Shown: one piece after another, positions 14,496 through 23,484 of the stretch
Numbering within the stretch: position 1 is the first letter of the stretch
How the letters are laid out: every line of letters starts with the position of its first letter
Assembly (NCBI RefSeq): GCF_000698785.1
Contig: NZ_CP007536.1
Location: 1,260,001-1,292,000, forward strand
Direction of reading: 5' to 3'
DNA length: 32,000 bases
Origin: Nitrososphaera viennensis EN76
Lineage (GTDB): Archaea; Thermoproteota; Nitrososphaeria; Nitrososphaerales; Nitrososphaeraceae
Made by a program: the position numbers and the translations under genes
Notes under the pieces: model-generated
Database searches by the model: none
What the model was told of the DNA's origin: nothing
Seen by the model: only the letters and a program-made list of their open reading frames with translations

Positions 14496-14861
14496 ATGAT
14501 ACCGGGCGAGTATTTCATTGCTTCAGACAAGCCGGTGACGGCAAATTCCGGCAGGAAAACGACGGGAATCAAGGTGACCAACACGGGCAACAGGCCGGTG
14601 CAGGTAGGCTCGCATACGCACTTTTTTGAGGTCAATAAGGCGCTTTTGTTCCCGCGGGAAAAGGCGTACGGCTTTCACCTGAACATCCCGTCGGGAACTT
14701 CGCTGCGCTTTGAGCCCGGCGACACGCGGCAAGTCGAGCTGGTAGAGTACGGCGGCAGGAAAACAGTGTACGGATTTTCCGGCCTTGTTAACGGCAAGCT
14801 GTCAATGAAAAAGAGGCAAGCGCTTGCAAAGGCAAAGGCAAGGGGGTTTGCGGGCGCTTGA
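14496..14861 (+). CDS. ureB: urease subunit beta
   Basis: 121 aa with a canonical UreB N-terminus (MIPGEY...[19 protein letters not shown]). Confidence 0.97.
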   Translation: MIPGEYFIASDKPVTANSGRKTTGIKVTNTGNRPVQVGSHTHFFEVNKALLFPREKAYGFHLNIPSGTSLRFEPGDTRQVELVEYGGRKTVYGFSGLVNGKLSMKKRQALAKAKARGFAGA

Positions 14862-16573
14862 CGCTTGAAATCCCGCGCAGGCAGTACGTCGACCTCTACG
14901 GCCCGACCAAGGGCGATAGGGTGAGGCTAGCAGACACTGACCTGATAATAGAGGTAGAAAAGGATCTGCTTTCGCATGGCGACGAGCTGGTGTTTGGAGG
15001 CGGCAAGAGCGTCCGCGACGGAGCAGGCCAGACAGGCGGCGTGACAAGCAGCAGGCAGGCACTTGACCTTGTCATAACAAACGCGATAGTGATGGACCCG
15101 GTGCTAGGGATAGTCAAGGCCGACATCGGGATAAAGGACGGCAGGATAGCTGGAATTGGCAAGGCTGGAAACCCGGATGTCATGGACAAGGTCGACATGA
15201 TAGTGTCATCAAGCACAGAGGTCATAGCCGGCGAGCATACGATATGCACGCCCGGGACCATTGACACGCACATCCACTTCATCTCGCCCCAGCAGGCGGT
15301 AGAGGCGATATGCACCGGCACGACCACAATGATAGGAGGTGGGACGGGCCCGACTGATGGCACGAACGCGACGACGTGCACGCCGGGGCCCTGGAACATC
15401 CACAGGATGCTTGAAGCCCTTGACGAGCTCCCGCTGAACTTTGGGCTGCTCGGCAAGGGAAACGACTCGCGCGAGCCGGCCCTCATCGAGCAGATTGCGG
15501 CAGGCGCCTGCGGGCTGAAGCTCCACGAAGACTGGGGCTCCACGCCGGCTGCGATAGACGCCGCGCTCAGAGTAGCAGACAAGACCGACACGCAAGTGGC
15601 GATACATACGGACACGCTCAACGAGTGCGGCTTTGTCGATGACACGATTGAAGCGATAGCAGGGCGTACCATCCACACGTACCACACGGAAGGTGCCGGT
15701 GGGGGACACGCGCCGGACATTTTAAAGATCGCCGGCGAGAACAACATCCTGCCGTCTTCGACAAATCCTACGAAGCCGTTTACTGTAAACACGCTGGAGG
15801 AGCACCTTGACATGATGATGGTGTGCCACCACCTGAGCCCCTCCATCCCGGAGGACGTGGCGTTTGCCGAATCGCGAATACGCGCAGAAACGATTGCTGC
15901 GGAGGACGTGCTGCACGACATTGGCGCGCTTTCCATGTACTCGTCAGACAGCCAGGCGATGGGAAGGGTGGGCGAAGTGACCACGAGGGCGTGGCAGACT
16001 GCAGACAAGATGAAAAAGATGGCCGGCAGGCTAAAGGGCGAAAAGGGCGACAACGACAACCTGCGCGCAAAGAGATACCTGGCAAAGCTCACGATAAACC
16101 CGGCCATCACGCACGGCATCTCTGCCTACGTCGGCTCGCTTGAAAAAGGCAAGATAGCGGACATTGTCATCTGGACGCCGCAGTTCTTTGGAGTCAAGCC
16201 AAAGATGGTGGTAAAGGGAGGGTTCATAGCGTACTCGCTGATGGGCGACCCAAACGCGTCCATACCGACGCCCGAGCCGGTGTACTACAGGCCGATGTTC
16301 GGGTCGATGGGCGCTGCAAAATACTCTACGTCGTTCACGTTCACGTCAAAGCTTGCAGTCAGAAACGGCGTCGGGAAAAAGCTGGGACTAAGGAAAAAGC
16401 TGCTGCCCGTGAAAAACTGCCGCAGGATTGGCAAGCGGAACATGCTGTACAACGACCTTGCGCCAAAGATAGACGTCGACCCGGAGACGTACGAGGTCAA
16501 GGTGGACGGCAAGGTGGCGACAAGCGAGCCGGCAAAGAGCCTCTCGATGGCTAGGCTCTACAACCTGTTCTAG
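14858..16573 (+). CDS. ureC: urease subunit alpha
   Basis: 571 aa. The TTG start overlaps the ureB stop (TTGA). Active-site motifs are [17 protein letters not shown] (carbamylated Lys), [27 protein letters not shown] and SSDSQAMGR. Confidence 0.97.
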   Translation: MTLEIPRRQYVDLYGPTKGDRVRLADTDLIIEVEKDLLSHGDELVFGGGKSVRDGAGQTGGVTSSRQALDLVITNAIVMDPVLGIVKADIGIKDGRIAGIGKAGNPDVMDKVDMIVSSSTEVIAGEHTICTPGTIDTHIHFISPQQAVEAICTGTTTMIGGGTGPTDGTNATTCTPGPWNIHRMLEALDELPLNFGLLGKGNDSREPALIEQIAAGACGLKLHEDWGSTPAAIDAALRVADKTDTQVAIHTDTLNECGFVDDTIEAIAGRTIHTYHTEGAGGGHAPDILKIAGENNILPSSTNPTKPFTVNTLEEHLDMMMVCHHLSPSIPEDVAFAESRIRAETIAAEDVLHDIGALSMYSSDSQAMGRVGEVTTRAWQTADKMKKMAGRLKGEKGDNDNLRAKRYLAKLTINPAITHGISAYVGSLEKGKIADIVIWTPQFFGVKPKMVVKGGFIAYSLMGDPNASIPTPEPVYYRPMFGSMGAAKYSTSFTFTSKLAVRNGVGKKLGLRKKLLPVKNCRRIGKRNMLYNDLAPKIDVDPETYEVKVDGKVATSEPAKSLSMARLYNLF

Positions 16574-16598
16574 CAGTTCGGCAGCCGAATGTGAATAT

Positions 16599-16621
16599 TT
16601 ATATATTTAGTAAATAGATAA
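16599..16621. promoter_or_regulatory. AT-rich near-palindrome TTATATATTTAGTAAATAGATAA, the presumptive TATA/operator of the 84-aa gene
   Basis: 22/23 identical to the palindrome at 4405..4427, with the first 18 nt identical. The distal arm is centred about 25 nt upstream of ATG 16629. Confidence 0.45.
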
Positions 16622-16628
16622 GAGAACC

Positions 16629-16883
16629 ATGACTCCTGTAAGGAATCAAAAAGACGTCGAAAAAGCAGCAAGCCGCGCTATCGAGGCCCTCTACGGGCCG
16701 GAGATCAAGGACCTGAGGATAAGGGTGCTATTGCCGTTCCCAAACGAGCATAAACAGGAGGGCTGGGACGCAAACGTCACTTTCCTGCTGAAAGGCAAGC
16801 AGTACACGGTCGACCTCCTGATAAACCAGGACGACGGCCAGATAACAAACGCAAGGCTCATCGACACGATGACGCCTCTCTAA
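16629..16883 (+). CDS. small hypothetical protein (84 aa) downstream of ureC
   Basis: Track ORF with an ATG start, its own promoter-like element and an oligo-T after the stop. No family recognised. Confidence 0.6.
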   Translation: MTPVRNQKDVEKAASRAIEALYGPEIKDLRIRVLLPFPNEHKQEGWDANVTFLLKGKQYTVDLLINQDDGQITNARLIDTMTPL

Positions 16884-16885
16884 AC

Positions 16886-16891
16886 TTTTTT
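16886..16891 (+). terminator. oligo-T tract (T6), an archaeal-type terminator candidate
   Basis: TTTTTT begins 3 nt after the stop codon of the 84-aa gene. Confidence 0.3.
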
Positions 16892-16991
16892 GGCTGCAGC
16901 ATATTATTATTCTTCAAGTTGCACGTTTGTTATTCAAAGAGATAGGGAAACCCTAAGTTTAATATAGAAAAGTTGCGAGAGCTCATCCGTA

Positions 16992-18170
16992 TTGGACGCA
17001 CGAAATATCGGCCTGCGCAACATCGAGGTCGCCGACACCAAGATCTGCTCGATTGACGGCGAGAACGGGAAGCTGATCTACCGAGGATTTGACATACTCG
17101 ACCTTGTAAACCATTCCACTTTTGAAGAGACGTCTTACCTCCTCCTTTTTGGCGAGCTCCCAAGCCCGGAGCAGCTGGCAGACTTTGGCCGCAGGCTGCG
17201 CGAGGCGCGTGGAATCCCAGAGCCGATGATAAAGAACATGAAAAACCGTCCAAAGAGGGCGCAGCCGATGGACGTGCTGCAATCGTGCGTGGCCGAGCTT
17301 GCAGACTATGACCTCAACATTGATGATTTCTCAAAAGAAGCGCACACAAGGCGCGCTATTACGCTAATTGCAAAGATCCCCTCCATCGTCGCGGCGTGGA
17401 ACCGCATCCGGACCGGCCAGCACGTGGTCGACCCGATGGAAGAGGGCTCCCACGCAGCCAATTTCCTCTACATGCTGAGGGGAGTAGAGCCATCGGCCGA
17501 GGAGGCCAAGGTGATGGACATATGCTTCATCCTCCACGCAGAGCACAGCTTTAACGCCTCCACGTTTGCGGCTCGCGAGATATCTTCCACCAGGGCCAGC
17601 ATGTACGCGGCGATAAGCGGCGCGGTGGGCGCGCTGTCCGGCGAGCTGCACGGCGGCGCAAACGTGCAGGTCATGAAGATGCTGCTAGAGATAGGCGACC
17701 CGGCAAACGTGGAAAAATGGGTCGCAGGCCGCCTCTCGTCGGGGGGCAGGATAATGGGCATGGGCCACGCCGTCTATCGCACGACTGACCCTCGCGCCGA
17801 CATCCTCTCAAGGCTCTCAAAGGCAATTTCAAAGGAAAAGAACAACAAGTGGTTCGAGATAACCGAGCGCGTAGAAAAGGCGACCAAGAAATGGATGCTT
17901 GAGCACAAGGGCCAAGCGATATATCCAAACGTCGACCTCTACAGCGCCTCGATATACTACAGCATGGGAATCCCCATGGACCTCAACACGCCGATATTTG
18001 CGATATCCAGGATATCGGGGTGGGCCTCACACGTCATTGAGGAAAAGTTTGCAGAAGCAGCGCCCAAGCCGGCGCTCTACCGGCCAAAAGCAGTCTATAT
18101 TGGCAGGTACTGCGGCCCAATGGGCTGCGAGTATGTCCCGCTTTCAGAGCGCAAGCAGCAGGTCGCCTAG
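16992..18170 (+). CDS. gltA: citrate synthase
   Basis: 392 aa. Motifs are LHAEHSFNASTF, GELHGGAN and MGMGHAVYRTTDPRA. TTG at 16992 is the only canonical start between the in-frame stop at 16965 and the conserved N-terminus. Confidence 0.95.
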   Translation: MDARNIGLRNIEVADTKICSIDGENGKLIYRGFDILDLVNHSTFEETSYLLLFGELPSPEQLADFGRRLREARGIPEPMIKNMKNRPKRAQPMDVLQSCVAELADYDLNIDDFSKEAHTRRAITLIAKIPSIVAAWNRIRTGQHVVDPMEEGSHAANFLYMLRGVEPSAEEAKVMDICFILHAEHSFNASTFAAREISSTRASMYAAISGAVGALSGELHGGANVQVMKMLLEIGDPANVEKWVAGRLSSGGRIMGMGHAVYRTTDPRADILSRLSKAISKEKNNKWFEITERVEKATKKWMLEHKGQAIYPNVDLYSASIYYSMGIPMDLNTPIFAISRISGWASHVIEEKFAEAAPKPALYRPKAVYIGRYCGPMGCEYVPLSERKQQVA

Positions 18171-18397
18171 TTGATGGCGGCAGCAGACTTTGCCCTCATC
18201 CACTCTTTTGCCCTGCGCTCTGCCATGTGCTTTTTCAGGATGAGGAGCGCCATCTCGTAGAACGTGACGCCGTTTTTGCGCGACTGCATGTCTATCCATT
18301 TCAGGCCTTCTGCAAGCTCGGGATCTCCCTCGGCGCTGACCACGAGGTCGTCAACAATTTTCATAAAGTTCTCGTCGTCGGCTTCGCTTGCAATCAT
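18167..18397 (-). CDS. small hypothetical protein (76 aa from ATG 18397; the track ORF extends to 18565)
   Basis: The part downstream of M57 (MIASEADDENFMKIVDDLVV...) is GC-normal and protein-like. The 5' extension is AT-rich, looks like promoter sequence, and is shared with the divergent LLM gene. Confidence 0.45.
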   Translation of the reverse strand: MIASEADDENFMKIVDDLVVSAEGDPELAEGLKWIDMQSRKNGVTFYEMALLILKKHMAERRAKEWMRAKSAAAIN

Positions 18398-18649
18398 GAT
18401 GGTAACAGCAACGTCGCCGGATAGCGTTTTGACGCCGCAGTTCAAGCGGTGTTGACACACTGCACATATTATTTTGACAAACCGAAAAGAGGAATAATCC
18501 GAGTAAATGTTCGCAGAATACCGAAAATCATGCTTGATTTTGAAAATTTCGCATCGTGCCTTCAAATACTTAAATAAGCCCCCGGTTTGATTTGTATGTC
18601 AAATGGTTTCTGGGAATGAGGCGAGGAGCCCATCGGAGGCTCTTGCTAA

Positions 18650-19732
18650 TTGAGAATCAAGTTTGGTTTTACGCAGGGTCTCAACGTTGCAAGGCTTGGC
18701 CTTGACGAGACCCAGATCCTCACGGCAGCGCAGATGGCAGACAGGCTGGACTATGACTCGGTGTGGGCGATGGACCACTCTAACGTGCCGCAGTGGAAGA
18801 ACGCGGTCGTAAACGACGCGTGGCTCATGCTGGCGGCAATCGGCGCGGTTACAAGAAACGTTGAGCTTGGCACGTGCGTCACGGACGCTATCCGCAGGCA
18901 CCCGTCAGCAATCGCGCTTTCGACCATCACGCTTGACAGGATAACAAATGGCAGGGGCGTGCTAGGCATCGGCGCCGGCGAGGCCCAGAACGTCGTCGAC
19001 TTTGGGATCGAGTTTTCCAAGCCGGTCACGAAATTCAAGGAGCAGCTTGAAGTCATTGAAAAGCTCTTCGAGTCGGACCCGGACAACCGCGTCAACTACG
19101 AGGGCCAGTACTACAAGCTGGTAAACGCCTGCCTGCAGGCGGCAAGCGTCAGAAAGCCAAGGCCGCCCGTGTACATTGCCGCAGGCGCGCCAAAGACGCT
19201 CGAGTTGTGTGCCACGTACGGCGACGGCTGGATACCGATCGGCTACACGCCAGAACTGTTCAAGGCGCACGCCAACATCATCAAGGACCACGCAAAGAAG
19301 CTCGGCCGCGACCTCTCTGGCTTCCAGTTTGCAAACGACGTCGACATCTACTTCTCTGAAGACGGCGAGGAGGCGTGGAACAAGATGAAAAACGCTGTAA
19401 AGGTCAGCCTCTACAAGCCGGAGCTGCTAAAGGTGCACAACATCCCGCAGTCGTCCGAGTTTGACTTTCGCAAGTACTTCACCGAATACACGATGGACAA
19501 GCCGGAGCTGATGGAGGCGATGAAGAAAGCAGCATTGCAGATCCCGGACAGCGTCGCCCGCACCGCGATAGGCGTAGGCTCGCCCGACGACGTGATTGAG
19601 ATGCTGGAGCGCTTTATCAAGGCAGGCACGAACCACTTTATCATCCGGTTCTGGGGAGACGGCTACTTCAAGAACATCGAGATGTTCGGCAAGAAGGTCA
19701 TCCCATACTTCCGTGACCAGCAAAAGAAGTAA
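18650..19732 (+). CDS. luciferase-like (LLM class) flavin/F420-dependent oxidoreductase
   Basis: 360 aa with a TTG start. LLM family features are MRIKFGF..., DYDSVWAMDH and ITNGRGVLGIGAG. Confidence 0.88.
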   Translation: MRIKFGFTQGLNVARLGLDETQILTAAQMADRLDYDSVWAMDHSNVPQWKNAVVNDAWLMLAAIGAVTRNVELGTCVTDAIRRHPSAIALSTITLDRITNGRGVLGIGAGEAQNVVDFGIEFSKPVTKFKEQLEVIEKLFESDPDNRVNYEGQYYKLVNACLQAASVRKPRPPVYIAAGAPKTLELCATYGDGWIPIGYTPELFKAHANIIKDHAKKLGRDLSGFQFANDVDIYFSEDGEEAWNKMKNAVKVSLYKPELLKVHNIPQSSEFDFRKYFTEYTMDKPELMEAMKKAALQIPDSVARTAIGVGSPDDVIEMLERFIKAGTNHFIIRFWGDGYFKNIEMFGKKVIPYFRDQQKK

Positions 19733-19735
19733 AAA

Positions 19736-20782
19736 TCAAGAAAAAGAGTCGAGCGATACTGTAGTCGCTCCCTTCTTTTCTTTTTTATTGTCATCATCAT
19801 TATTTTCTACGGATTCTGCGTCAAAGCCCATCTTTTTCAGCGACGCGGCAAACTCTTCCGCAAAGCCGTGGAAGGTATAGACCTTGTCAGGGGCGCATGC
19901 TTTGACGGCCTCGACAAGCTCGGAGTAGTCGCAGTGGTCGCTCATCGGAAACGCATAGTCAAGGCCCATCCTGTAGCGGTAGCCCGCCTCAAGGGCCCAC
20001 CCGGAAAAGCCGACCGTGACTGCACCGTACTTGCGCTTCATTTCCTGCACAAAGGCGCTCCTTCCTGACATCAACGGAGCGACCATTATCCACGGCTTGC
20101 TCTTTGACAGGAGGCCGCGCTCTTCTGCCTCGGTGTGCGAGATCGCGCTTTTCAGATCGACTCCAAGGTCCAGGTACACAGAGTTCATCTTTGCAACGGA
20201 ATCGTGGACGTACACGGGATCCCAGTGGCCAAACAGCTTGGTCAGCAATTGTGCCTTGCCAAGCGCGTAGCCCATCAGGATAACCGGGATCCCCATATCA
20301 TACATTTCAGAAATAACCTTGTTGGTCCTGTGCGTGATCTCTTGTACCGCGGGGAATTTGTAGCCGGGCCGGCCAAACGTCGACTCGATTATCAACGTGC
20401 TTGCATGCGGCATCTTGGCCGGCTTCATGAATGCCCGCTCGCGAATCGAAAGGTCGCCGGTGTAATAGACGTCTTTGTCGCCTATCAAAAGCCCGCGCGA
20501 GCCGAGTATGTGGCCCGTGTCGACAAGCGTAAAGCCGTCGTGCTCCTCTTCGCCCTCGATGCTGTAGCCTCTTGCCTCTGCAAGGAGCGACGTCTCTTTT
20601 GACACAATAAGGCGGGACTTGCTGCCTTTGCCCTTTCTGTGCATGTGGTCAATGTGGGCGTGGGAGACAAACGCATAGTCGCAGTTTGAAGAACGCGACG
20701 GGTCAAGCGCGATTGTGGTGCCGTCCTTCTGGCGCACGGTTATCCCCGGCTTGTCATGAAATACTGCTGACGACGGCTTCAT
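19736..20782 (-). CDS. metallo-beta-lactamase fold, beta-CASP family nuclease (COG1236-like)
   Basis: 348 aa. It carries the HxHxDH motif (SHAHIDHMH), TGD (YYTGDLS) and a C-terminal SDHCD motif typical of beta-CASP enzymes. The tail is acidic and Lys-rich. Confidence 0.8.
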   Translation of the reverse strand: MKPSSAVFHDKPGITVRQKDGTTIALDPSRSSNCDYAFVSHAHIDHMHRKGKGSKSRLIVSKETSLLAEARGYSIEGEEEHDGFTLVDTGHILGSRGLLIGDKDVYYTGDLSIRERAFMKPAKMPHASTLIIESTFGRPGYKFPAVQEITHRTNKVISEMYDMGIPVILMGYALGKAQLLTKLFGHWDPVYVHDSVAKMNSVYLDLGVDLKSAISHTEAEERGLLSKSKPWIMVAPLMSGRSAFVQEMKRKYGAVTVGFSGWALEAGYRYRMGLDYAFPMSDHCDYSELVEAVKACAPDKVYTFHGFAEEFAASLKKMGFDAESVENNDDDNKKEKKGATTVSLDSFS

Positions 20783-20931
20783 CCCGAGCTGTCATGCCTA
20801 GAGTGAATTGCTATTTTAACATTTAGCTAGAGGAGGCTTGTTTAAAAAGTGACTTAGCCACGCTCAATCAGTATCATAAGTTCAAGATTCCCACGCTCAA
20901 CTTCTGACTTTTTACACAAGTCGCTGAGGAG

Positions 20932-20943
20932 ACGTTTAAGAAT
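20932..20943 (+). promoter_or_regulatory. promoter core ACGTTTAAGAAT (BRE/TATA-like) of purN
   Basis: Ends 23 nt before the purN TTG. The identical 12-mer occurs upstream of the topoisomerase IB gene. Confidence 0.4.
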
Positions 20944-20966
20944 GGGCCGCGCCGACGCATAATTGC

Positions 20967-21584
20967 TTGACGAACCTCGGCATACTAATCTCTGGCAGGG
21001 GAAGCAACATGGACGCCATCCTGGCTGCGATAAAGGCAGGCAGGATACCAGGTGCCAGGCCGCGAATCGTAATTTCAAACAAGCCCGACGCCGCAGGATT
21101 AAAGACGGCGTCAGAAAAGTACGGCATCCCAACAAGGGTCGTGCCGCCAGAAGGGCTGAAAGGATGGGACTATGACAAAAAACTGGTCGCCGCCCTTGAA
21201 GAGGCAGGCGTCACGCCAGAGGACGGCCTCGTGTGCCTTGCCGGCTTTATGCGCATAATCAGCCCCGAGTTTGTCAGGCACTTCAAGATGCGGATACTGA
21301 ACATCCACCCCGCGCTCCTCCCGTCGTTTCCCGGCCTGCATGCGCAAAAACAGTCAATCGAATATGGAGTAAAAGTATCAGGGTGCACCGTGCATTTCGT
21401 AGACGACGGCGTCGACTCGGGCCCCGTCATACTGCAGAGGACGGTCCCGGTTATGGAAGGCGACACGGAAGAGACGCTGAGCGCAAGGATACTGGAGCAA
21501 GAGCACCAGGCATATCCGGAGGCAGTCAGGCTGTTTACCGAGGGGCGCCTGAAGGTCGAGGGCCGCAAGGTCCGTATTCTATAA
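20967..21584 (+). CDS. purN: phosphoribosylglycinamide formyltransferase
   Basis: 205 aa with a TTG start. Motifs are ILISGRGSNM, CLAGFMRII, NIHPALLPSFPG and GCTVHFVDDGVDSGPVILQ. Confidence 0.93.
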   Translation: MTNLGILISGRGSNMDAILAAIKAGRIPGARPRIVISNKPDAAGLKTASEKYGIPTRVVPPEGLKGWDYDKKLVAALEEAGVTPEDGLVCLAGFMRIISPEFVRHFKMRILNIHPALLPSFPGLHAQKQSIEYGVKVSGCTVHFVDDGVDSGPVILQRTVPVMEGDTEETLSARILEQEHQAYPEAVRLFTEGRLKVEGRKVRIL

Positions 21585-22730
21585 CTTGTTGTTTTTCCTC
21601 ACGGTTGTTATTATCGCGCCTGCCAGGGCTGCGCCTATCGCAGAAAATGCAAGGTACGGGCTTGCAGGGCCAAACGCGTCTGACGACAGGCCGACTCCCA
21701 CCGGCCCCACGGTCCAGCCGGCGCCAAAGAGCGCCTCGTAGATCCCAAGCTTGGTCCCCATCTTTTCCACCGGCGCGTTTTTAGTCACAAAGTTGAACGT
21801 GACGGGGTAGAATATGCTGGTTGCAACGCCGGCAAGCACGAGAGCGGCTGCAAACGACCACACCGATGTAAAGGCAAACGAGATCGCCATGCCGGCGGCC
21901 ATGACCAGAACGGCTGCGGCAAGCGCGGCCCTACCCCTGCCGGCTATGCGATGTACGAACGGAAGAGTCGCAAACCTTGCCATTCCAAACACGAAAAACA
22001 GCAGCTCGATGTTCTGGTCCGCGATGGACGCGGCCTTCATGTACGCAGGGTAGATCGCAATCAGGACGCCAAACGTCACTGCATAATAAAGCACGACCGC
22101 GCTTACCGCCGGCATCGACGTCACCTCGCGTTTCAAGTCGGCAAGCCGGAGTTTGTGCCTCTCGATTTTTACAGGCCGTCCGTGCCTTAGCAGAAGAAAC
22201 GACGGCACAAGTGCAAGCGAAATTGCCAATGCGGACAGCTCAAACAGTACGCGGTAGTCGAAATAGTCAAGGATCACCTTTCCAATAAGTGGCCCTGTCA
22301 TAAAGCCGCCGACCCACGCGGCTGTAAAGAGCGCTATCCACTTGACCCTCTTTTCGGCAAGCGCCGTGGTCGATATTATCACCTCTGCTGACGGCCAGAA
22401 AAACGCGTGGGCGATGCCGGAGAGGCCACGGAACGCGGTCGCGCCAGCGACAGAGCTTACCTCGGACAGCATGAATATCGCAAAGACGTTTAGCGAGACG
22501 CCAAGGATGAGCAGATACGCCTTGTTGGTCCTGTCAAGGAGCATGCCCCCAAAGAGCGGCACCACCATGTACGGCAAATAGTTGGCAAGGCCGATGACTC
22601 CCACCTCTGAAAAGTTGGCACCAAGCTCCTCCTTGGCAAACACCGGCACGATTGGCGAGTGCATGCCGTACGCGATGCCTACGATGGCTGCGCAGGATGC
22701 AACAAGGAGGATCGGCTTCTTCATTTGCAA
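21579..22730 (-). CDS. MFS transporter
   Basis: 383 aa with about 12 hydrophobic segments and an MFS-type loop motif (GGMLLDRTNK). It overlaps purN convergently by 6 nt. Confidence 0.85.
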   Translation of the reverse strand: MQMKKPILLVASCAAIVGIAYGMHSPIVPVFAKEELGANFSEVGVIGLANYLPYMVVPLFGGMLLDRTNKAYLLILGVSLNVFAIFMLSEVSSVAGATAFRGLSGIAHAFFWPSAEVIISTTALAEKRVKWIALFTAAWVGGFMTGPLIGKVILDYFDYRVLFELSALAISLALVPSFLLLRHGRPVKIERHKLRLADLKREVTSMPAVSAVVLYYAVTFGVLIAIYPAYMKAASIADQNIELLFFVFGMARFATLPFVHRIAGRGRAALAAAVLVMAAGMAISFAFTSVWSFAAALVLAGVATSIFYPVTFNFVTKNAPVEKMGTKLGIYEALFGAGWTVGPVGVGLSSDAFGPASPYLAFSAIGAALAGAIITTVRKNNKL

Positions 22731-22767
22731 TCATCATCTCGCGATGTTGTTGTTATCATCATCATCG

Positions 22768-23472
22768 TTATTTGTAAGCGGCAACCATGATGGCGCCCTC
22801 CAGCATGCCCTTGTCAAAAACCACCTTTGAAAATTTCTCGGCAAGCATTGCCTCCAGTTCCGAGTTCTTGGGCCAGCGCAGAAACGTGCCGTACAGCGTA
22901 GTGAATTTCAGCCCCGGCTTGCCGGCGGCTATGTACGCAAAAATCCCGAGGAAATGCTTCAGGTATGTAGCCACCATCCAGCGTTTGAATGTGCCGTCCG
23001 GCTTGCCAAGGTCGACAATGATGAGCCGGCCTCCCGGCACAAGCACCCGGTGCATCTCGGCTATCGCCTTTTTCAGATCGATTGCGTCCCGAAGCGAATA
23101 GCCGCACAGGACCGCGTCAAAAGTGTTGTCCTTGAACGGCATGTGCTCAAATATGCCCGACGAGAGCGATAGTTGCTGGTGGGCTCCGGCAAAAAAGCTG
23201 CGCGTGTTTGCAAGCATCTCGGGCAGCGGGTCGTACATCACCACCCTTGCGTTCCCGCCCGCCTCTGCCAGAGCGACCCTCGACATGTTGCCAAAGCCCG
23301 AGCCGGCGTCAAGCACGAGGTTTCCCGGCATCACCCTCTCCTTTATCGCGTGCTTTCTGTATTCTTCGTCCTTGCCAAGCGAAATCACGCGGTTGACCTT
23401 GTTGTACACCGGGACTACGGAGCGTAGCACTTCAATGACTTCAGGCCAGTACTGGCTCCCAAGCCCCGACAA
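22768..23472 (-). CDS. class I SAM-dependent methyltransferase (UbiE/MenG family)
   Basis: SAM motif VLDAGSGFGNMS. The UbiE-like N-terminal region is VVPVYNKVNRVISLGKDEEYR. The track ORF runs to 23586, but that extension overlaps the divergent helicase ORF and is not protein-like. An in-frame TTG at 23472 gives 234 aa. Confidence 0.85.
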   Translation of the reverse strand: MSGLGSQYWPEVIEVLRSVVPVYNKVNRVISLGKDEEYRKHAIKERVMPGNLVLDAGSGFGNMSRVALAEAGGNARVVMYDPLPEMLANTRSFFAGAHQQLSLSSGIFEHMPFKDNTFDAVLCGYSLRDAIDLKKAIAEMHRVLVPGGRLIIVDLGKPDGTFKRWMVATYLKHFLGIFAYIAAGKPGLKFTTLYGTFLRWPKNSELEAMLAEKFSKVVFDKGMLEGAIMVAAYK

Positions 23473-23484
23473 ATTAGAGCAGAA

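Noticed and set aside
14896-16119. 407-aa ORF antisense to ureC, plus 15209..15709 and other antisense ORFs in ureC
   Set aside because: It lies entirely inside ureC, which has unambiguous homology and active-site motifs. The product is Ser/Pro/Ala-rich and low in complexity, typical of a shadow ORF in GC-rich coding sequence.
18398-18565. 5' extension of ORF 18167..18565
   Set aside because: This part is AT-rich, gives an odd peptide (MKARCEIFKIKHDFRYSANIYSDYSSFRF...) and coincides with the divergent promoter region. The internal ATG at 18397 is preferred.
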